Source: an uncultured Erysipelotrichaceae bacterium
GTDB taxonomy: Bacteria > Bacillota_I > Bacilli_A > Erysipelotrichales > Erysipelotrichaceae
Assembly: GCA_902775735.1 (NCBI GenBank)
Contig: CACYNH010000002.1
Coordinates: forward strand, 35,669-99,668
Direction of reading: 5' to 3'
DNA: 64,000 nucleotides
This document shows positions 58,406 to 64,000 of the stretch, in pieces (the stretch's first letter is position 1; each line of letters opens with the position of its first letter). Position numbers and translations under genes: made by a program. A model generated the notes under the pieces. That model was not told where the DNA came from, made no database searches, and saw only the letters and a program-made list of their open reading frames with translations.

Positions 58406-61400
58406 ATGAGTGTCCATTTACATACCCGCAGCTGCTTTACTCTGCTGCAGAGCACTCTGCGTCCTGCGCAGATTGCCGCCAAAGCAGCCGCGTGCGGCTA
58501 TCAATACGCAGCGATCACCGACCGGAATGTCCTCTATGGCGTTCCGTCCTTTCTTGCGGCCTGCCGCAAAGAGGGAATAAGACCCATCGTCGGGATGGAA
58601 GCGGTCTGCGATTACCATGGCCAGGAAACGGTTTTCCTGCTTCTGTGCAAGGATAACATCGGCTATGCCAATCTCATCCGTCTTTCTTCCCTGCTGTGCG
58701 CGGGAAAGGGAATCTGCACGCTGGACGAACTGTGCGCTTACGCGGCGCATAACTGGCTGATCGTCTATGGCGAAGGCGGATATCTTGATTCCGACCTTGT
58801 CAGCCAGGACGCGGAAGGGGCTGCCCGCAAGCTTGCGGCGATGAAAGAGGAACTGCCGCCTTTTGACGTCGCTCTTTCCTACCAGGAAGCACTGTTATGG
58901 AAGGACCGCAACGCTCTTTTGCGCAGGATCTGCCAGGCACAGAAGATTCCCGTCTGCGCTTTGAGCAAGATCTGCTATCTCAATGAGGAAGACGCCAGTG
59001 ACTTCAGAATCATGACCGGTATCCGCACCGGCCGCACCCTGCAGGATTCCTCGCTTCCCGTGATCCGGGGCAGACACTATCTCACCCCGCAGGAAATGGC
59101 GGCTCTTTATGAACCGCAGGATCTGAAGAGAACCGATGAGATCGCCGAGGGATGCCGCGCTGATTTCATTCTGGAGAAAGCGGGTCTTCCTGTCTATGAA
59201 ACAAAAAACAATGTCCCTGTGAGCGAATACCTGCCTGCATTATGCATGGCGGGATTGAAAAAGAGGCTTGGCGGTGCGGTGGAAGAGCGCTATGTCAGAC
59301 GCCTGAAATATGAGCTTGATGTCATCTCGAAGATGCATTTTGAAAACTATTTCCTGATTGTCTATGACTTTATCCGCTATGCCAGAAGCCAGTCAATTTA
59401 CATCGGCCCGGGCAGAGGTTCGGCGGCCGGTTCACTTGTGGCGTACTGCCTTGGCATCACCCAGATTGACCCTCTGAAGTACAATCTTCTTTTTGAGCGT
59501 TTCCTGAATCCGGAAAGAATCTCAATGCCGGATATCGATACCGACATTCCCGATGACAGAAGACAGGACGTCATCGACTATGTCGCTGAAAAATACGGCT
59601 ATGACCATGTGGCCAATATCGTCACTTTCGGCACCCTCGGGGCAAGACAGGTGATCCGCGACGTCGGCAAAGTCACCGGCGTCAGTCCCCGCGATATCGA
59701 CATGATCACCCGCCTGATCGGCTCCGCCCCCGGCGTCACGCTTGACAAGGCGTTCGTGGCCAATCCGCGCTTACGGCAGGTGGTCGAAGCTTCCGAAACA
59801 AACAGAAAGCTTTTCGAGACCGCAAAAAGACTCGAGGGACTCCCGCGCCACACCAGCACCCACGCCGCCGGCATCGTCATGTCCGACAGACCGCTTGAAC
59901 AAACCGTGCCGACCGTGCAGCTCAATGAGGGATTAAGAACCGTGCAGTACACGATGGAGTATCTTGAGGAAAGAGGTCTCATCAAGATGGACTTCCTCGG
60001 TCTGCGCAACCTGACGATCATCGATGAAATCGTTCAGATGATCCGTAAGCAAAATCCTGATTTTGACATTATGAAGATTCCGCTCGATGATCCGGAAGTC
60101 TATACATTGTTTGAAAAAGCGGACACCACCGGCGTCTTCCAGTTTGAGTCGGAAGGCATGAAGAACCTGCTGCGGCGGATGAAGCCGAAAAACTACGAGG
60201 ACATGACCGCGGCCCTGGCTTTATTCCGTCCTGCCAGCGCCGAAAGCATTCCCAATTACATTTCCAACAAGCAGAACCCGGCATCCATCCGCTATCCTTT
60301 GAAGCAGCTTGAGCCGGTGCTCAGAAGCACCTATGGCGTCATGATCTACCAGGAGCAGGCGATGTTAACGGCGCAGATCGCAGCCGGCTTCAGTCTGGGA
60401 AGGGCGGATGTGCTGCGCAAAGCCATGTCCAAGAAAAAGGAAGATCAGATCAATGCCCTGCGCTCTGAATTCATGAGCGGATGCGCGAAAAACGCGATCC
60501 CCGAAAAAACGGCGGAAGAGCTTTTTGAACTTGTTTCCCGCTTCGGCGGATATGGCTTCAACCGCTCCCACGCGGTCGCCTATGGCCTGGTGGCTTATCA
60601 GACCGCTTATGTTAAAGCGCACTATCCGTTATTTTTCTACCTGGCGCTGCTCAACAGCGTCACCGGCGATGAAAACCGCAGTTCCCTTTATGTGGATGAG
60701 TGCAGAAGAAAAAAGATCCGGGTGCTCTATCCCGACGTCAACCGTTCGATGACTTCGGCCGTGCTTTTTGATCAGGCGATCCTTTTACCGCTTTCCGGCG
60801 TCAGGTCGCTTGGCGTCCACGCCGCAAATGAGATCATCAATGAAAGAGAAAAGGGCGGACCGTTCACTGATTTCTATGACTTTACCGCCCGCATGCTGGT
60901 GCACAAGGTCACCCGGCAGAACATTGAGATGCTCATTGACGCCGGTGCTCTTGACTGCTTCAATCTGGGCCGCACAACGATGCGCCACGGTCTGGATGAG
61001 GCGATTGCCTTCGGCGAACTGATCCAGGTCGGCTCCGGCTCGCAGATCAGCATTGATCTCGGTCTTGTTTCCAAGCCGGTTCCTTTGAGAATGAAAGATG
61101 ACCGGGAGGAGATTGCCGAAAACGAAAAGAACGCCCTTGGCTTCTGCCTTTGCCAGCAGCCGGTCGTGCTTGTGCGCGAGCGCAACCATATCCAGGAGCC
61201 GCCGATTGTCACCGTCGCTGAGATGCGCGGGAAAGTGTACGGCTTCGGGCAGATCCGCAATGTGAAACAGCACCGCACAAAGCGGGGTGAAATGATGGCG
61301 TTTGTCAAGATCGCCGACGAGACAGGTGAAATGGACGGGGCTGTCATGCCGCGTCTTTACCGCACCGCGGCGCCGGTTCTGCTTCGTGGAACTTACATCC

Positions 61401-61471
61401 GTTTTAATGGTAAAATATCCCAGGAAGGATCCATGATCATCGACCAGGTGACCGTGGTTCCGAGGAAATGA
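58406..61471 (+). CDS. dnaE: DNA polymerase III alpha subunit (DnaE3-like)
   Basis: PHP domain, GPGRGSAAGSL, FERFLNPERISMPDIDTD, HAAG, KMDFLGL, FNRSHA, terminal OB fold. Confidence 0.96.
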   Translation: MSVHLHTRSCFTLLQSTLRPAQIAAKAAACGYQYAAITDRNVLYGVPSFLAACRKEGIRPIVGMEAVCDYHGQETVFLLLCKDNIGYANLIRLSSLLCAGKGICTLDELCAYAAHNWLIVYGEGGYLDSDLVSQDAEGAARKLAAMKEELPPFDVALSYQEALLWKDRNALLRRICQAQKIPVCALSKICYLNEEDASDFRIMTGIRTGRTLQDSSLPVIRGRHYLTPQEMAALYEPQDLKRTDEIAEGCRADFILEKAGLPVYETKNNVPVSEYLPALCMAGLKKRLGGAVEERYVRRLKYELDVISKMHFENYFLIVYDFIRYARSQSIYIGPGRGSAAGSLVAYCLGITQIDPLKYNLLFERFLNPERISMPDIDTDIPDDRRQDVIDYVAEKYGYDHVANIVTFGTLGARQVIRDVGKVTGVSPRDIDMITRLIGSAPGVTLDKAFVANPRLRQVVEASETNRKLFETAKRLEGLPRHTSTHAAGIVMSDRPLEQTVPTVQLNEGLRTVQYTMEYLEERGLIKMDFLGLRNLTIIDEIVQMIRKQNPDFDIMKIPLDDPEVYTLFEKADTTGVFQFESEGMKNLLRRMKPKNYEDMTAALALFRPASAESIPNYISNKQNPASIRYPLKQLEPVLRSTYGVMIYQEQAMLTAQIAAGFSLGRADVLRKAMSKKKEDQINALRSEFMSGCAKNAIPEKTAEELFELVSRFGGYGFNRSHAVAYGLVAYQTAYVKAHYPLFFYLALLNSVTGDENRSSLYVDECRRKKIRVLYPDVNRSMTSAVLFDQAILLPLSGVRSLGVHAANEIINEREKGGPFTDFYDFTARMLVHKVTRQNIEMLIDAGALDCFNLGRTTMRHGLDEAIAFGELIQVGSGSQISIDLGLVSKPVPLRMKDDREEIAENEKNALGFCLCQQPVVLVRERNHIQEPPIVTVAEMRGKVYGFGQIRNVKQHRTKRGEMMAFVKIADETGEMDGAVMPRLYRTAAPVLLRGTYIRFNGKISQEGSMIIDQVTVVPRK

Positions 61472-61478
61472 GAAGTTT

Positions 61479-62141
61479 ATGACAAGAATTCTGATTGTAG
61501 ATGATGAAGAAAACATCCGTGAGGTTGTCCGTGAATACTGTGAGCTCAACGGCTGGCAGGCCGATGAGGCACCGGATGGCATGGACGCCGTCGAGATGGT
61601 GAAAAATACTGATTATGACTGCGTCATCCTTGACGTCATGATGCCCCGCCTTGACGGCTTTTCAACCTGCCGCGAAATCAAAAAAATCAAGCAGATCCCG
61701 GTGATCATGCTGTCGGCGAGACAGGAGGAATACGACAAGCTGTTCGGCTTTGAGCTGGGCGTTGATGACTATGTTGTCAAACCGTTTTCGCCCAAGGAAC
61801 TGATGGCGAGAATCAAGGTTGTCCTGGCCCGCGGCCGGCAGTCCGAAACCAAAATCTACCGTTTCGGCGGTCTTGAGATCGACGCTCTTGGCAGGACTGT
61901 GACGATCGATGGCGAAAAAGCGCAGATGACGCCGAAGGAGATTGATCTTCTGCTGTATCTTGCGGCTCACAGAAACATAGCGCTTTCGCGTGAAACGCTT
62001 CTTGAAGAAGTATGGAACTATGACTATTTCGGCGATGACAGAACCGTTGACACCCATATCAAAATGCTGAGAAGAAACCTCGGCGCCTACCGGGACTGCA
62101 TCGTGACCGTACGTGGAATGGGGTACAAATTTGAAGCTTGA
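61479..62141 (+). CDS. OmpR-family response regulator (ResD/SrrA/PhoP-like)
   Basis: ILIVDDE, LDVMMP, DDYVVKPFSPKEL, RTVDTHIK, TVRGMGYKF. Confidence 0.95.
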   Translation: MTRILIVDDEENIREVVREYCELNGWQADEAPDGMDAVEMVKNTDYDCVILDVMMPRLDGFSTCREIKKIKQIPVIMLSARQEEYDKLFGFELGVDDYVVKPFSPKELMARIKVVLARGRQSETKIYRFGGLEIDALGRTVTIDGEKAQMTPKEIDLLLYLAAHRNIALSRETLLEEVWNYDYFGDDRTVDTHIKMLRRNLGAYRDCIVTVRGMGYKFEA

Positions 62142-63579
62142 CATTCATGGAATCAGATTCCGTTTCTGGCTGGTCTTCTTCGCGCTGGCGATCGGCATCA
62201 CCGTTTTCATCGGCGCCCTGCAGACCGGACTGATCCGGCCATATTACCGCAACTCGAAAATCGCTTCGGTCAGGACTGTCGCCGACCATCTGGAAGACAG
62301 CCTGGTCGAAGGCAGGGGCACCCAGGAGTCCGTGCGGGAAGCACTGCGGGAAGCGGTCAACAACAGTGTGTGCGTTGTGATGTATAACGAAAACGGCACA
62401 CAGGTTTATGATGCCGACAGTCTAGGCGCCGGCTGTATTTTCAGCAGCGCCCGCTCCCAGGAAATCCGCACTCTGCTCTCAAGAGAGGGCATGCAGGAAA
62501 TCCTCAGCCAGGAAAGCGGTGAGTATTCCGTGAACATGACAAACCCGTCGACCGGCCAGGAGACGATTGTCTACGGCAGACGGATCAACCAGCCGCTGGC
62601 GACCTATTACATGTTTGTCAATTCACCGCTCGAGCCGGTGGACTCGGTCGTGACTTTCTTTACAAGGCAGTATGTGTATTACACCCTGATCGCGATCACG
62701 ATCGCCTCGCTGGTTGCCTTTTATGTTTCAAGAACAATTACCGGTCCGATCGTGCGCATGAAGAAGGAAGCCGTCAAGCTTTCCAACGCCGACTACTCCG
62801 CCGACTTTGACGGAGGCGCCTATACAGAAACGCGTGAGCTGGCCAACACATTGAACAGCGCCAATGAAAAGCTCAGCCGCATCGACGGCCTGCGGAGGGA
62901 TCTGATCGCCAATGTCTCCCACGATATCCGCACGCCTTTAACCGACATTCAGGCCTATGCTGAAATGATCCGCGACGTGTCCGGCGACAATCCGGAAAAA
63001 AGGAAAAAGCACCTTGACGTCATCATCCGGGAAACCCGGTATATGAACCGGCTGGTCAATGACATGAGCGAGCTCTCGAGACTGCAGACCGGCAATTATG
63101 AGCTGAATTATTCCAATATGGATATCTGCGAAGCGATCCGCGATATCGTCGATATGGACCAGACACTGATCAAAGAAGCGGGCATCACTCTGGAAGTCGA
63201 CATTCCCGAAGAACTGACCGTCTACGCTGATGAGATCAAGATCTCACAGGTCATCGCCAACTATCTGTCCAACGCGATCAAGCATACCCCGCCCGGCAAG
63301 ACCGTCCGTGTCAGGGCATGGCTGAAAGACGATGAGGAAACCGTCCGTGTCGAAGTGGCGGATGAAGGCGAAGGAATCACTCAGGAGGATCTTCCCCATA
63401 TCTGGGACCGCTACCAGAAGTCGTCCCATTCCTTCTCCCGCTCCATGACTTCCACCGGTCTTGGCTTAGCGATTGTCAAAGGCATCGCCGACGCCCACGG
63501 GGCCGGTTATGGCGTGGAATCAGAACCGGGGGAAGGATCGGTATTCTGGCTGGAGCTGAGGAAGACCCATGAAGACTGA
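62131..63579 (+). CDS. HAMP-domain sensor histidine kinase (start uncertain)
   Basis: Two TM, SHDIRTPL H-box, NYLSNAIKH, DEGEG, GLGLAI, GEGSVF. Confidence 0.93.
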   Translation: MKLDIHGIRFRFWLVFFALAIGITVFIGALQTGLIRPYYRNSKIASVRTVADHLEDSLVEGRGTQESVREALREAVNNSVCVVMYNENGTQVYDADSLGAGCIFSSARSQEIRTLLSREGMQEILSQESGEYSVNMTNPSTGQETIVYGRRINQPLATYYMFVNSPLEPVDSVVTFFTRQYVYYTLIAITIASLVAFYVSRTITGPIVRMKKEAVKLSNADYSADFDGGAYTETRELANTLNSANEKLSRIDGLRRDLIANVSHDIRTPLTDIQAYAEMIRDVSGDNPEKRKKHLDVIIRETRYMNRLVNDMSELSRLQTGNYELNYSNMDICEAIRDIVDMDQTLIKEAGITLEVDIPEELTVYADEIKISQVIANYLSNAIKHTPPGKTVRVRAWLKDDEETVRVEVADEGEGITQEDLPHIWDRYQKSSHSFSRSMTSTGLGLAIVKGIADAHGAGYGVESEPGEGSVFWLELRKTHED

Positions 63580-64000
63580 TTACCTTGCCGGTACAGAGTA
63601 CCGGATGATCCAGAAAGAGGGGCTTTATCACTTCAGCTCCGACACTGAACTGCTGGGCAGGTTCCTGCAGGTGAAGCATTCCGATACCGTTCTTGATATC
63701 GGCTGCTCCTCCGGTGCGCTCATGCTGTATGCGGCGAAATGGGGACCCGGAGAAATCTGGGGGATTGACCTGTTTGAAGAGGTTCTGGAAATTGCGCAGA
63801 ACAACATGAAGCTCAACGGGATTGAGGCGCAGCTGAGAAAGAGCCGTCTGCAGGACTTCAGGGAACGGCAGTTTTCCCTGATTGTATGCAACCCGCCATA
63901 TTTCAAAACCGTCAATCCTGATCTGGTTTCAAAAAATCCGGTGATCGCGGCGGCCCGCCATGAGGCGTATCTCTGTCCGGAAGACCTGTTCGCAAACGCG
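63569..64000 (+). CDS. tRNA1(Val) adenine(37)-N6-methyltransferase-like (YabB family), 3' truncated; not in the ORF track
   Basis: Manual translation MKTDYLAGTEYRMIQKEGLYHFSSDTELL...VLDIGCSSG...IVCNPPYF...ARHE; open to the window end. Confidence 0.85.
   Translation, partial: MKTDYLAGTEYRMIQKEGLYHFSSDTELLGRFLQVKHSDTVLDIGCSSGALMLYAAKWGPGEIWGIDLFEEVLEIAQNNMKLNGIEAQLRKSRLQDFRERQFSLIVCNPPYFKTVNPDLVSKNPVIAAARHEAYLCPEDLFANA

Noticed and set aside
1-64000. rRNA, tRNA, IS, integrase, prophage, defence or toxin-antitoxin genes
   Set aside because: No such signatures seen, and intergenic gaps are short; a very small element could still have been missed by eye.

Overview
Mostly core chromosome of a Bacillota (Firmicutes) bacterium using the standard code (TGA = stop). 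Gene content and protein style (homodimeric GlyQS, DnaE3-like DnaE, MEP pathway, superoxide reductase, CcpA, T-box, comG operon, Bacillus-like gene order) suggest an anaerobic Erysipelotrichaceae-like (Solobacterium/Bulleidia-like) organism; this assignment is inference. About 63 CDS: recO-glyQS-dnaG-rpoD-trmK, rpsT, fmt-lepA-hemW, rpsO, two ABC systems plus SOR between rpsO and pnp, trmB, a lic (phosphocholine) pair, ytxG-ytxH-ccpA, T-box tyrS, murJ-like-rsuA, ispH, murC-cshB-nfo, ispG, rpmG (absent from the ORF track), comGA-GG, efp, FMN riboswitch-ribU, cmk-der-gpsA, PBP1A, dnaE, an OmpR-family two-component pair and a methyltransferase cut by the window edge. I found no rRNA, tRNA, CRISPR array, transposase, integrase, prophage or recognisable defence system, and no clear-cut new multi-gene system. 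Best leads: an EF-P whose PGKG loop reads TAMR (Met at the normally modified Lys), a motor-less SftA-N-terminus-like protein, a primary sigma factor with a ~190 aa repetitive charged N-terminal extension, a possibly xenologous Lachnospiraceae-like MurC, Asp-for-Glu(+5) minor pilins, a repeat insertion in a giant FtsX-like permease, and structured non-coding stretches after rpsT and before PBP1A. All family calls come from recalled motifs, not database searches.
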